A stretch of DNA of 64,000 nt from Octopus vulgaris (GCA_951406725.2 OX597820.1:40610001-40674000); one strand, 5' to 3'. Shown: positions 30,300 through 46,565, counted from the stretch's first letter. Notes: generated by a model from the letters alone, not told the origin. A program made the numbers and translations.

Positions 30300-31480
30300 A
30301 GGAAAAAAAGGGAAAAATAAAAAGTTTAAGAGATCAAATTATCGAAAACAAACAGATAAAACAGAACTACCTTACCAGGAAATGAAAGGAAAAGAAAAAG
30401 AAAGAAGGGAATTGACCAAATGGCATGTTCAACCGCGTGTCAAGGAAATACTTGCAAAGGCGTTGCTGAGGAAGATGGCCAGCGACACTCTCTACAACCC
30501 TATCACCCCACCACTCGGGTCTCATTTCTCAGACAGGCCGTGGTTATTGCGATATGGCGGAGGATATCTGCAGTGCGGGGTCCGAGAACACCAACGGTCT
30601 CGACGGTGACCGGCACAAGCAGATAGTGGATGGCCAGGCTCCCGTATTTGCTTATCTTCCTCTTCTTTGCGTTACAGGTGGCGATACCTTGGTTTGCGGA
30701 GAATGTAGCGAGGCTGGAGATGGAGAACGTGTTGCAACGCGTCGCGTTTCAGAGTAAGGATATGCCTCCCTCATATGGGAAGAGGGTTATACTGTTTGAA
30801 GCTCTTACCAGCCCTGTGGAGAAGTCCCACTGGATCCAGTTGTGGCGGGAAGCCAACTGAGTCGAAGCATCTTCTAATTATGTCGGGGAAACCGGACCGA
30901 CCTCACTAAGTCTGCAGAATAATAGATGCAGACCGAATTCATCGACTACAGTTACACAATGGCAGTTGTGCAGCTCACAAACGCAGAGACTGAGAAGCTG
31001 GGTCACTTCGATACGAGTGCCGCATCATCAAGAAGAGTACCGGTTGATGCGGCAATCACCATATTGTACCAGTGTTTGGCTGTGAAGCGGAAAGGGGACA
31101 GGCGAGGCGATGCAACTCTAAGGATATGTCAGTCTACTTGCAGGTAGATTTCGATTAGAAATCGCCCCAGTTATATTCAACATCAGTATTCTGCGGGTTG
31201 GCAAGGACTTCAGTGGTATAATCATCTAAAGCTGACTCTAGTTTCCAGGCCGCATTGAGTCTAGCCATCAAGTGGAGCACCTCCCCAATGAGGGTGCAGC
31301 TGGAGGAGCCTGAGGAAAGATAGGCCAGCAGAGCCAGGTCCACAGCTGAACGGAGGCAAAGAGCGCCGAGTTTAACAGGTGGTTTAGCCTGCAGGTAGCC
31401 GGCGGTACCAAATCTAACACTAAAGATCAATGCAACACATTGATTTGGCATCGGTTTCACTGAGGCAATCTATGAGAAGA
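30300..31480 (-). mobile_element. Decayed CRE-like RLE non-LTR retrotransposon 3' region
   Basis: Minus-strand peptides QAKPPVKLGALCLRSAVDLALLAYLSS and RKISKYGSLAIHYLLVPVTVETVGVLGP match the post-RT and RLE motifs typical of CRE-clade elements. Confidence 0.65.
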
Positions 31481-33379
31481 TAATATAGCGCAGTGAGAAG
31501 CGAGAAAAGGAGCTTAGGCAGGGCAAAGGAATTCCTCAAGAGAAAGAGCGCCGCGTACGCAAATGAGGCGCAATCTCTTAGTCATCTTTGATATCTACAC
31601 TTGACTCCCTCTCCCTGCTGGACAGGGCGTAGTGCCTCGTTTAGGTTATCCCTGACTAATCTACATCCTATCCTGACCGGAAGTAGTCGAAAGACGTTGC
31701 CTGTTGCCCTCTGCTATTGGACAGGTGCCTACATAATATGAGAATGATGGGAACAGATCTGCACAACATAATTTCATAAGAGATATTTATACAAATGTTG
31801 GACCAAAAATGTATGCAAAAACTATATGAAACTGCAATATTTAAGAATAGTTAGATATATAACTGCCTTCAACGAGGTTCGGTAGCACGATCTTAGTCTC
31901 ATAGTATTATGCCAAAAATTCTTCCTATTGTATTTAAAAATAATGAAAATTTCAAACACTGGCATATTTTGTATGATCAATATTTGATTAAGTCTCTTAT
32001 ATGACTAGTCTTATTTTGTTTTCTATCGCTCCTCAATTCCTTCCACCAGCAGAACGTATAACGATCACATTAAAAATGGTTTTCCCATTATTAGAATAAT
32101 AATTGTAACAATTGATGACATACCGAATGTTTTCATTTTTGTGGGGTATGCAGAAGATCCCAATCGACTCTAGTGTTTGGATGGTACCACGAAGATATAG
32201 ACATTTCTAATATCGATCTTATTTTGCTAATGATGGGTTTGTAACATTGATGTCAAACATTTTTCTTTCGTTCATTTTTATATTCCTATATTTATTTCCT
32301 TATTTCGAAAATTATCTGAACGTGAACCATTATACGAAAAGGATATAATTCAAAACTACAAACTACAGGAGTAACACATTTTCTTCACCGGCTTTATTAT
32401 GGTATCACATTTAAAAGCAAGATATCGAATAGAGTCTTTGAATAAATATGAATCTGCCTGGTCTGAAAGAAGAAAAAAGTTCAAAAAGAAAATTTTATTA
32501 AAAAGGTAAAAAGGAATATTTTGCAAGAAAATTTATTGAATGAGAGAGAGAGGGGGGAGGGAGAGACAGAGAAATTTAACGACTTTTTTCTAGAAATGTC
32601 TGTAAATCATAATATTTTTTTTAGTTCAATTATTTATTTTTGTACTTGCGTTGATTCTTAGCTTGTTTGTTTATTGACTTGTCTCTCTTTTTTTTATCGT
32701 ATATTTTTTTTCCGTGTGACAGCTAATATGTGCGCTTGCGTGAAGGGTCAGTTTGAATGTGGGTTTATAGCCACGAACCTACGCTAGAACATTTTATGGT
32801 CTTCTCTCGTGGATATCAGCAAGTATCATAACTTAAATGAAGCCAGATGATGAATCTAATTACAAAGTCAGTGTTGTATCCCAGAGTTTCACTTTTCTCC
32901 GGGTGCAAAATGTCGTCCAGCGGCTGTAATTTACCCAGGCTTGATGTCATAAATAATCGTTCACTTGAAGTAATCATGAAACTAACCCAACACCACACTT
33001 TTCTTGCTGATTCCATTTTCCCATGTTTTGTATGTGTGGTGTTCTTTTTATTGATATTAATGTTACTTCTGTTATTGTTGTTATTGTTAGAGATGTTGCT
33101 GTTGCTTTTGTTGTTTGTATGGCAATTAATATTACAATTCTTAATATTATCTCACAACAGTTCATCTGACGTCATTCTTTGAAGGCATTTCTCTATTGCT
33201 TCCTTAACTATGCTCTCCCACCTGCAACTAACCACCAGCATCTTTTCTTGTATAACAGCCCAGTTATAGTTTTCCCAGCTATTCGTCCATTATAATAATT
33301 ATTATTATTATTAATTATGTCGCCATGGCTAGATGTGATTTTAATCCGTAAGTGGATGCTGGTTGTTGTGTTTCTTGAA

Positions 33380-34950
33380 TTTTGTTGACTGTTTTGTTTT
33401 CTGAACCCCTTTTCGTGTGCAGAAGGAGTCCGTTTGTTAAAAGTTCCCCCTTTTACGGGCGAATTTTGTGCTTGTAGCTCTTTTTCAAAACAATTTTTGT
33501 TGCTTCTCATTGAGAAGAACAAGATGTCTTCCTCTGTCGAGGAGAGTGGCAGTGACTGTTCTGACGGCCAATACCTCGATGATCCCCCCCACCCTCTGAA
33601 CAGCACAAATAACAGCACCAGTACTACCATTAACACAGAAAAAGAAAAGAATCAAGAAAACACCGCCAACGCAACTGCCGCCATGAACACAGACAACATG
33701 AACGAAAAAGAAAAGTCAAACAAGATAAACAACGGCTAACAAAGCGGCAACGGTCTCGCCTCTACGGCGAGACAAACGAAAGAAAAAATTAATTTTACTT
33801 TAGACGAGATAAAAAGATACAAAGGAATTGTTAAGGAGAGATGGGAACAATGTCCTCCTTAACAGCCCACAGAATTTAATAAGAGAGGCAAACAAAAAGA
33901 CAGTAACTTATAAAGTTTTGAACATAAAAAAGAAAAAGGACGAACAGGCCACTCAGCAACAGCTTGAGTTAATTCTAAAGCCTACATGGAAACAAAAGAC
34001 CTATGTGACTCAAGGAAGACGCTTCGGCACTGTGGAAATGCGTTTTGCAATAGAAGTAAAACAACATTCCACAGTGCCTTTCTAAACTGCTGGAGCTCCT
34101 TGTTCAAATTGAACAAGAAACAATAACCTCCATTTCCAATTTGATAAACCTGCATGATGGCAGCAGACTACGTCGCTGTGGAGGGCAGGAGGCCAAGATG
34201 TTACTTTTGTGGTGAACAAGGCCAACTCACGGTCTTCTGCCTTAAAGAAAAGGAGAGGCCATTTTGTTGACACCCGCACTGGAAGCACCTCCAGTACAGC
34301 AGCAACAACAACAGCAACAGATACAGCAGAAGCAGAAACCAGTGATCACCCAATCACCAACATCACCAGCGATACTACTTCCAGCTGTCGCCAGGGCACC
34401 ACAAACACCAACAACAAAGACACCAACCGGAGTACCACCACCACTAGCCAGAGTACCACAACCAACAGCCGGAGTACCACAACCACCAAACGGAGTATCA
34501 CCACTACTAGTAGCAGTAACATCACCACCAGCAGCTACTGTAGCAGCAACAAATGAACCCCAACAAATCCAAGACCTAGAGAAAATCCCCCTTCCCGTCC
34601 CAAACAACTCGGACTGTTCGAGTACTGAGATCGAGAGGGGGGATTGGCAAACAGTCCCTACACCCGCACCAAAAAAAGAAAAAAAAAGACTAAAGAGACA
34701 CTAGAAGAAGGGGGGGGGCGCAAAGAAGCGGAACTTCCCTACAGCAGTAACACTCACAACAATCAACAATAAAAACACCACCTCTTCCAGCACAATGTAC
34801 AACAAAAACAGACTCCACAAACACCACCAACCTCACAGCTATCAACACAGACAACGTAGATCTCGTTACACACCTCAGAAAAAAACACAAGCACCACAAT
34901 AGAAGACTGTCTGCTCAACACACAACGCGCCACCACCATCAATGTGATCG
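33380..34950 (+). mobile_element. Degraded ORF1 (gag-like) region of an L1/Tx1-like LINE
   Basis: VEGRRPRCYFCGEQGQLTVFC zinc-knuckle relic near 34178-34240, followed by Pro/Gln-rich sequence with 21-bp tandem repeats (34428-34510); frameshifted. Confidence 0.55.
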
Positions 34951-36194
34951 GCTTAACCTCTCCCAGGTAGAAGGTGTAAGTCGATTACATTGACCCCACC
35001 GCTGAACTTGTACTTATTTTATCGACTCTGAAAGGAAGAAAGGCAAATGTCGACCCTGGTGACATTTGAACTCAGAACGTAAAGACGAACGAAATATCGC
35101 AGAGAATTTCATTCGGCATGCTTATGATTCTGCTAGGTCGTTGCCTTAAATGTAGCATAGAGATTAGAAGTGTACAGTTGCTGGTGTCATCTTGATAGAA
35201 CAAGCCTATGACCAAAGGCATTACATTCGTAACATCGCATCTTATTTTAGGCATACCTTATCACGGATTACATTAGCCAGTGTGTCCCTCCCTATTTTAA
35301 GACTGTAATTTGTGATTTAAGAAAAAAATTGGGCCGATGTTTTTAGTATATCGAGCGGCCTCATAGAGTACTTCAGTAATGAGTGAAATGTAGCGTTCAG
35401 TACAGATGTATAAGAACACTGCGGTGATATACAGAGGTGCAATGTACAAATGTAGAAATTTAGTGTAATGAAGTGAGTATAGCGAGTTGTAGAGTACAAA
35501 TGTCGAAATGCACTGCATTGCAAAAATTGAGAATGTACTGCAGTGATGTGAATTGTCATTTACACTTATAGGAATGAAATGAACATTAGCTGTGTACAAG
35601 CGTAACTTATTAAAATCTAGCGAAGTATGGTGCACAAATATTGGTTTCCAATTTTAGCACAAGGCCAGCAATTGTGAGGGATGGGGCAAGTCGATTATAA
35701 TTTACAATTTTTCAAATGGATATTAATTTATAAGTCCAGAAAAAATACAATAGAATATCCTAATATTTCTATCTCGTGTATTAGATTTCTTATTTTGTAA
35801 GTGCGTGGAGATAGGAATCTACCACACTAATAATACTGTCATCGAATGAGGAGACTTTTGTGAAATCCACAATAAATATGTAAATAAATCCACAATATAT
35901 ATATAAATAAAGTTTTACTTGAGTTTGTAGCTGTTTACAATTTTTTTCATCATTCCTCTTGATTTCTTCCCTCCTTTTCCCCCTCCCGTAAATATTTGCT
36001 TGCCTATAAGTATGTGAGAGCACTAATACAACTGAATAAACTACTATAATTCATGATTAGTATTTCATCACTCTACATCAATTCTGAGTTCAGATTGCGT
36101 ACAAACCATATCTAAATGAGAAGGGGGGGGTCTTTCATCTGTTCAGTAGCGGTAATATCAGACACACACACGCATAAATATACATATACTTATG

Positions 36195-36390
36195 TATTCT
36201 AGGCACAAGGCCTGAAATTTGCGGGTAGGAAGCTAATCGATTAGATGAACCCCAATACGTAACTGGTAGTTAGTTTGTCGACTTCGAAAGGATGAAAGGC
36301 AAAGTCAACTTTGAACTCAGAATGTAAAAACAAACGAAATACCGGTAAGCATTTCGCCCGGCGTGCTAACGTTTCTGCCAGCTCACCTCC
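36195..36390 (-). mobile_element. Nin/Deu-core SINE
   Basis: Family core on the minus strand. Confidence 0.75.
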
Positions 36391-36567
36391 TTATATATAC
36401 ATATATACATATACCGAGGGTATGAGAGATGTTGGTGTCTAGAAGACCCAAAGAGTGTCGGGTTACGCTATGTAAGTGCTTTGGAGAGACCGTGGTTATA
36501 CTCTTGATTCGATAATGATACGAGTGAGAAGACTAACGTGAGCCCTGTATTAGCATGCATATATATA

Positions 36568-37051
<484 letters not shown>

Positions 37052-37102
37052 TATACATATATATATATACATATATATATATATACATATATATATATAC
37101 AT

Positions 37103-38504
37103 ATTGAGAGGGTGGTGAGATCTCAAATAACCCAATTTCTGGAAAGCAACAGACGGCTGATCTCCAACCAACATGGGTTCCGTAATGGAAGGGACTGCCT
37201 AACGCAGCTCCTGCATCACTTTGAGGACATTTTGAGAGCTTTGGGAGAGGGCTCCAACACCGATGTCATCTACCTTGATTTCAGTAAGGCCTTCGACAGG
37301 GTCGATCACAAGATCCTATTGAAAAAACTATCCAACATTGGTGTCTCTGGAAAGTTACTGAAATGGATTAAGTGTTTCCTGACAGACAGATCTCAACATG
37401 TTGTAGTTGAAGGGGTAAAATCAAGCCCAGCCAAAGTCAGTAGTGGCGTTCCGTGCTGGGCCCACTTCTTTTCATCATTTACATTAATGACATTAATGAC
37501 ATCATCAAGCACAGCAACATAAAAATCTTTGCAGATGACTCCAAGATACAGAAGGTCATAAATGAGGCGAGTGACCGGACATGCCTTCAGTCAGATCTAC
37601 TGGCTGTTATCCAATGGGCAGAAAAAAACAATATGCTGCTGAACGAGGATAAATTTGAGCTAATCCACTTTGGAAAAGAGGATGCCCTGAAACTCCCATA
37701 CTCCCTTCCTTCAGGTGAAACTCTCGCGGCGTCCAACAACATCAGAGACTTGGGAGTAATTGTGGACAACAACGTAAGCTGGGCCACTCATATAAACACC
37801 AAAGTTGACATGGCCCGCAGAATGTGTTCCTGGATTCTCAGAACTTTCCAGTCGAGAGATATCCACACCATTATCCTTCTCTTCTCCACTTTTGCCCGAC
37901 CCCACCTTGAATACTGTTGTCCACTGTGGTCTCCCCACACAATACAAGGTATCAAAAAAGTCGAAGCACCTCAAAGGGCAATCACAAAAAGATAGATGGC
38001 ATGACAGGCCTCGACTATTGGGGTCGACTAGAAAAGCTAAAACTCTATTCTCTCCAACGTCGTCGTGAGCGCTACATCATCTGCATGATGTGGAAAATAT
38101 TCCATCAGCATTGCCCAAATGATGTTGGCATCACCTTTAAGGTACATCCAAGGCTTGGGCCCCGTGCCATCCGCCCAAAACAAAAATCGCACTCTCATCT
38201 CATAACAACAATACGGCACAATTATTTCACCTCAATTGGCCCCGCTCTCTTTAACATTACACCAAAACACATTAAAACAGAAACTGACCCTATAGGGTTC
38301 AAGAAGTCTTTGGACAAATTCCTTCAAGAAATCCCGGATAAACCCCCTACACCCGGATATGTCTCTGTAAACAATAACTCTCTACTTGAGTGGGCCATAG
38401 TGCCCAAATTCTGACTTGAAAGACTTCACCAGGTGGTGCTATTAAGTTAGACATGGCCTGGGCCAATAATGGCCGAAACCTATCAAAGTATCAAAGTATC
38501 AAAG
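37103..38504 (+). mobile_element. 5'-truncated CR1/L2-group LINE (RT domain to 3' end), disrupted
   Basis: [39 protein letters not shown] and RPHLEYC motifs. Deletion near 37453 and frameshift near 37990. Octamer tail (tatcaaag)x3 at 38481-38504; inserted in (TA)n. Confidence 0.9.
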
Positions 38505-38506
38505 TA

Positions 38507-39504
<998 letters not shown>

Positions 39505-40037
39505 CTAATGAAGGCGGGTGGCTTAGTTGGGTTGAGCTATGTATTCTTGAGTAAGACGCTCGTTTTATTTTTCTCCAGTTCACTCAACAGGCAAAAAAGG
39601 AGTTGTACCTGTAATGCAAAGGGTCCTGCCTTGTCACATTCTGTATCTCGTTGAATCTCCCTTAGAGCTACATTAAAGGCACGTGTGTCTGAGGGGTGCT
39701 CAACTACCTGCATGCTAATTTCACTAGTAGGCTGTTGGATCAACAGGAACACTCGTTGTCGCAATGGACGGAGTACCAGTCTTGATAGTTCTATCACATC
39801 TGTTCATAAAGAAGTCTTTTTGCTCGGAAATAAATCGTTATTATTTATTTTGTGGGGATAAAAAATAACAATATATTCATGAGGAGTCGAAAGAGTGTCA
39901 ACCTTGCTTTGCATTCTCTCTAAACCATTGCAACAATAACTTTTCCCATCTTTGAGGTAGATTCAGTCGGCTGTTACCTTCCTTCAAAATATGTAATATC
40001 CTGACAAATTTATAAGTTAATATTATCTATTCTGTAT

Positions 40038-40415
40038 AGCGGCGAGCTGGCAGAAACGTTAGCACGCCGGGCTAAGTGCGTAGCCGTATTTCGTCTGCCG
40101 TTACGTTCTGAGTTCAAATTCCGCCGAGGTCGACTTTGCCTTTCGAGGTCGATTAAATAAGTACCAGTTACACACTGGGGTCGATATAATCGACTTAATC
40201 CGTTTGTCTGTCCTTGTTTGTCCCCTCTGTTTGTGGGCTGTAAAGAAATAGGTATTTCGTCTGTCTTTACGTTCTGAGTTCAAATTCCGCCGAGGTCGAC
40301 TTTGCCTTTCATCTTTTCGGGGCCAACAAGTACCAGTTGCGTACTGGGGTCGATTTAATCGTTGGCACTCTCCCCCAAAATTTCGGGCCTTGTGCCTAGA
40401 GTATGATAGAATATT
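40038..40415 (+). mobile_element. Dimeric Nin/Deu-core SINE
   Basis: Two tandem cores starting near 40038 and 40251. Confidence 0.8.
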
Positions 40416-43400
40416 ATCTATTCTGTGATTACCCCAGCCCCAAATGTAAAAATACGATCCCATACGGCCTCTCCATGGCCCAGTTTCAATTACTTGTAAA
40501 GTCAATTATATTCACTTCAGTTCTTAATTTTCTGTACAAATTATGTGTGTCACGCAATCTTATTCTCTAAAATACTTTTAGCCTGATATTTAAATAATGC
40601 ATTATCTTTATCTGGTAATGCAGTAAGACAATAGCAGCTAAAGACCTAATTTAATGCTTTATTCCGTTGTCAATACTTCCGTAGAAATTATTTACTGGAA
40701 TGGATCAAATATTTATCATGAGTTTAATGGCGGAGTGACTTCAGTGTAAGTCCATTTGGCGCAAGACTAGCTTCCTGTCGAGTTCATTGATATAGATGAG
40801 AGGTGCAGATAGCAAAATCAGTATATCACATATCATCGAGTTCCAATTCTTTGGGATTGTTATACCTCAATAAATCTATCCCTGAATGTAATTTGATTCA
40901 TATTTTCAAGGCCTGTGACCAATTAGTTAGGATATCCTTGTCATGACCATAAAGGTCGATGGTTCAATTCATAGAACAGAAAGCGTGTTGTGTTCCTGAG
41001 TAATACTCAATATTTCACATTATCCTAATCTACTAAGCTGTAATAGTTATCAACTGGGGACTGATGCAGCACCTTCTACCCTCTCTCTCATTCTTTGTCT
41101 TCCCTACTGTGATATCTGAGGTCAAGAACAGAAGAGACAGGAGGGTATCTATGTCTGTTCACCTACAGCAATCAACGAAAGGATGGCACGTGTACCAAAT
41201 CATACTCACTTACGATTGACAGATGGCTGTACTATAAACAGATTATAGTTGGCTCTAATAACCGTATCAATGTTTTGTTCCGCTAGAGATCACATCCGTC
41301 TCCTGTCTGGATCGAAAAATATTTAATTTTTGAATTCTTATTTTGGCACCAAAGAAAAGATTATAAGACACGGTCTTGCTTATACGCGAACCAAAATCCC
41401 ATCTTAAAATACCTAGATAAAGAAATGGCTGACGCTCCAGTATCGGAGCGAAAAGCAGTTGTCGAGGCAATGCGATTCCTTGCAATAATATTAGTTTATT
41501 GAGTAATAAAAGTAAAACTTTACGGATATACGCAACCATTTGCAAGAATATCAAAGACCAAATAAACCACTTCAACATAATACAGGAGGAAGATTCAAAT
41601 GAAGCATATATCTATAGGGTAATAGGATCATAGTGTTTAAAAACAAACGGTTTCATATAGAACTTTAAATCAGATCGTTAATAGTGGCATGAAGGATATG
41701 CACTGCAACAACGTGTCGAGTCATCTACCATTTGTTGGTGATTCCCTATTAACTCTTGGCGGATGATGCTTCTGCACCACTCAGAGGCAACCCTTCAACC
41801 TATGGGTCTGTATGGGTAGTCGTTGCTGGTGAGACTTCTACAAAGGAAGAAGGAAAGTCCTACCACGATCTTTTTAGTCACCTTTTACGACACACAGAGG
41901 AAATATTGGGTCTATTCTTTGACATACCCACACAGCAAAAGCAGAGCACTCACTCCAAAATCCGAGAAATTACTTGAATTGGCTCTGAACCTGTTAAAGT
42001 ATGTACTGTCTCCAATCTTCGAACACATGCGGTCGGTCTCGGTCTTCCAGTTTTCTATGACGTAGAAGTCCTGAAATGGGTGCCAGTCAATCGTAGAGTT
42101 ACTCATTTACAGCTAAGTGGATTGAACAGCGGGAAATGAAGTGCGTAGATCGAATCCACGATCTTGCGATCATAAGCGCAATACCCTAATCACTAGGCTA
42201 CACAACTGCTGAACCAGTTATAATGATTTAGTAAATTAGCTGAGAAAAAGCTGCATATAGGCTTAAGTTCGAGATTTGTGTTTTCGGTATAGTCATGTCA
42301 CATGTCATTATATAATTTGTGAATTAGAGATTGTGTTATAAAACGTGGTAAATAAATATATGCACAAATAAAGTAAAATAAGTGTCATATGGAAGTTTAT
42401 CAGGAGTCTTGGACATATTTTTCATTTCTAAAATGAAAATCTCAAGAAGGGAATCCTCAGGCGATATCAGTTAAAGATGGAGCTATCGTTTCAGTTTTCA
42501 TTCTCAACTAAATATTCTTTAGAAGGTTTCATATGAATCGATGTAGTTTCGTAATTTATCAGCTTTACATCGTTTTTAATTGGTTCAATTTTAACGGTGC
42601 ATGTAGTTTGAAACCTTCTAAAAGACTTGAATTCCTGTCAAAATATTCATTGAGCGAATCAGTGAAATTCTATCACTTTTTCAAAACTAATATATCATTT
42701 ACTCCAAGATTAAAAAAGAAATTTCTTTACTTCCTTCTGAAGATCACATTTTAATAAAAATACAAAAGGAAAGTTCCATTTTTTTTTATTTTCACCAAAT
42801 TTTCATAATGTTTTTTATTTTGACATTTCAAGATGTCTGCATGGAACATTTCTGAGACAATTACGTAAGTGATAGTCAAACTGTCATTCATTGTTATTAA
42901 TGATATGAGCTCTCATGTACAATGATAAACAAACTACCTCTTGTCAACTCCGTTTAGGACAAACACTGTGGTATATTCTCTTTTCATAAATGCCACGTAT
43001 TCGGCAGCTGCTATTTATGATGTAATTTGAAATAATCTTAGTCCTTTTTTGAGCAAATATTTGTTACGTTCATTAATTAAAAAATATTTCTGTTGCCGCA
43101 TTCGGTTATTGGTCTTTCAACTACAAATTTCAGAGTTTGCAAGAGATTATTCGGTTATCTTTTCTTTTTCTTCCTTTTTATTCTATTCTATTTTATTTTA
43201 TTACTTTCAGTTTCTAATATGCATCAACAGCCACTGAGATTTGTTATCTTACTGTATTTATTAAAAATATTCGAGTACTACCTGATCTGGTAATAGTTCT
43301 ATTTCGAAATAGAGAACAAGTACATGGGGCTTTAGGTTATTTTCGTTGTTGATGTTTGGCGATCTGATCTAAAACATGTAAAGTCGACGGATGAACGACG

Positions 43401-44462
43401 TATGATGAGCACATGTATGGTTCCAAACACATCAGGCTGCCATCAAGGAAGAGTCATACTACGCAATTAGACGTGCTGGGGCTTATCTAATGGGGTGTAG
43501 TGTTATATATCTCCCATTTCCAATATGTATGTTACAGACCTTACGACACAGAAAGCCCAGCAAAGATTATTCCTACCAGAATTATAACTTCTCGATTCAA
43601 CCCAACACTGTCAGTCCCAGAAAACAAAAATAATCGCGCCATCAAACGGAGAATCCGGGGGCTGCTGATACAACGGCACGAAGGGTCGAAATTTCTAAAT
43701 GAATTCAGAAGAATGCATCATTTTCGGTCCCAGCAACCAACAAAACATACGAGGAACCCTTTTCTCCTGGCACAACTTGACATCATAGTGGGATGGAGTG
43801 AGAGGCAAGAGGGTAGTGCACTATAGCAAAAACAACAGCAACTAACCTCTGTTCTCAAAATGCTAACCAGCATCAACATCACTCCATCGTCTTATGACGA
43901 GAAGGAGTTGATGAGGGGGAAGGTGACGAGATGGCGAGTGGGGCTGTGAAGATAAATTCCAAAACTGTGGGGAAGAACACAAAAAAAAAAAAAAAAAAAA
44001 ATAGAAAGAAGCTTTCAAATACAGTTATGAACATCATCAAAAGACAAAATTAAAATTTGAGAAGAATCACTTTCCTGTTAAGAACAACAAAAACTATGCT
44101 ATTTCTTAGAACAACAATAATACGTAACTCATCTCAGATCAACAACGATAACGACGATGACAATGCGGTCGACGAATTGCATATCACAGTCCTTCAAAGA
44201 TCGAGCCAGGATACAATAGGCAGAATCACATATTTGTGATGCAATGGGGTTTGCAGAGATATATTTATTACTTAGAAGTAACTAGGAGTGAAAAGACGTT
44301 CAAAACATAGCATGATGCTAAAGATAATCGAAGGCATGAGAAAATAAAATAGGTACTGCCTGAAGATGTGAATTGTTTCCCACCCTAACTCATCCAGAAA
44401 TTGCTACGAGAGCCTTTAGATGCACGAGGCTGCAGTAAAACTAATGATTATTCGGAAGAGAC

Positions 44463-44730
44463 TGTAGCGGTAGCTGATATCCGAACGGTTGGTCAAATAA
44501 ACTGGCACAAGGTCACCAATGGGGACGTTCGAATGAACGTAAGGCCACTCAGAAATGAATAATAACTGCGTGTTTGAAAACGGCGAGTCGCCAATGTAGG
44601 AATACGACCGTATGCGAGGAGGTTGGCGACATAGGTGACCCGCCGTTTTCAAACACGCAGTCATTATTATTTCTCAGTGGCCTAGTGCCAGTTTATTTGA
44701 CCAACCGTTCGGATATCAGCTACCGCTACA
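44463..44730. mobile_element. Foldback MITE with TGT...ACA termini and a 4-bp TSD (Ginger-like)
   Basis: Long perfect terminal inverted repeat tgtagcggtagctgatatccgaacggttggtcaaataaactggcac. TSD agac at 44459-44462 and 44731-44734. Confidence 0.8.
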
Positions 44731-45296
44731 AGACACAGGTTGTCCTGGCTCAACCTAGCCGCGATTTTCACTCCCGTGTGGGAACAGAACTTTGAATGTT
44801 TTCCAAGATACCTTTTCCCTTTAAATTATATCTTGTTTTAATTACTCTGTTTTACTATATATATTGATATTTATTTCATTTAATTATATGGGGTTTTGGA
44901 AGTCTTTTGCTTGTCTCTACTTTAAATATCGTTGTCATTGCTGATACTTTTGTTTAGCATTCTTTGAGCGGACTTGTGAAGGAACATATTCTAACCATAA
45001 CAATCGCGATACCTTCCAGGTACTTTTTGACAGAGGTTACACTAACCATGAAGTCCTTCATTTTAAAAAAAAATTTTGTACAATATCCTTTACTTGTTTC
45101 AGTCAAATCACTGAGGCCCCTTTTTTGTCGAAAAAGTCGACTCCAGGACTTATTCTTTGTAAGCCTAGTACTTATTCTATCGGTCTCTTTTGCCGAACCG
45201 CTAAGTTGCGGGAACGTAAACACACCAGCATCGGTTGTCAAGCGATGGTGGGGCGTCATACATAGACACACAAACGCGCGCGCACACACACACATT

Positions 45297-45352
<56 letters not shown>

Positions 45353-45578
45353 ATTAATCAATATAGGGTGGCAAAAAATTTTGTAGAATTCTTTTGCCAC
45401 CAGCGGCCTAGTAGGAAAAAATTAAAATAGTCATAGACCATTTTTAAGTTCAACATCAACAATAAAGGAACGGCCATAATAGGCCATTCACTCACTAGAA
45501 ATAACAGCCAAAGCTTCAACCGCAAATAAAAGTTAATTCAGTAAACCAGGAGAAAATTTAAAAAACATTTACCCTGTA

Positions 45579-45685
45579 ATTTCTTATACGATATACCGTT
45601 TCATCTGCTGATTAATGGTAAACTAACCTGATTAAATTAAATCAAGCCAATCTTCCACAGGCCCTCAGATTCTTCAGTAAGAAAT
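45579..45685 (-). ncRNA. Type I hammerhead ribozyme, unit 1
   Basis: Reverse complement of 48591-48697. Confidence 0.85.
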
Positions 45686-46072
45686 AGCCCAAGACGGAAC
45701 AGATATTTTCACGAGGCATTTCCGACGTTGCCAAGTTTATATCTGACCTAAAATTTTCAAATCGTCGCACTCGCGCCAAATTTATCGGCAGCAAATAAAT
45801 ATAAGCCGTCGATTCCATTACGGAATTAACCAGAAGATTCATAATTAATCAATATAGGGTGCCAAAAAAAATTTTGTAGAATTCTTTTGCCACCAGCGGC
45901 CTAGTAGGAAAAAATTAAAATAGTCATAGACCATTTTTAAGTTCAACATCAACAATAAAGGAACGGCCATAATAGGCCATTCACCCACTAGAAATAACAG
46001 CCAAAGCTTCAACCGCAAATAAAAGTTAATTCAGTAAACCAGGAGAAAATTTAAAAAAACATTTACCCTGTA

Positions 46073-46179
46073 ATTTCTTATACGATATACCGTTTCATCT
46101 GCTGATTAATGGTAAACTAACCTGATTAAATTAAATCAAGCCAATCTTCCACAGGCCCTCAGATTCTTCAGTAAGAAAT
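46073..46179 (-). ncRNA. Type I hammerhead ribozyme, unit 2
   Basis: Same motif. Confidence 0.85.
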
Positions 46180-46565
46180 AGCCCAAGACGGAACAGATAT
46201 TTTCACGAGGCATTTCCGACGTTGCCAAGTTTATATCTGACCTAAAATTTTCAAATCGTCGCACTCGCGCCAAATTTATCGGCAGCAAATAAATATAAGC
46301 CGTCGATTCCATTACGGAATTAACCAGAAAATTCATAATTAATCAATATAGGGTGCCAAAAAAAATTTTGTAGAATTCTTTTGCCACCAGCGGCCTAGTA
46401 GGAAAAAATTAAAATAGTCATAGACCATTTTTAAGTTCAACATCAACAATAAAGGAACGGCCATAATAGGCCATTCACCCACTAGAAATAACAGCCAAAG
46501 CTTCAACCGCAAATAAAAGTTAATTCAGTAAACCAGGAGAAAATTTAAAAAACATTTACCCTGTA

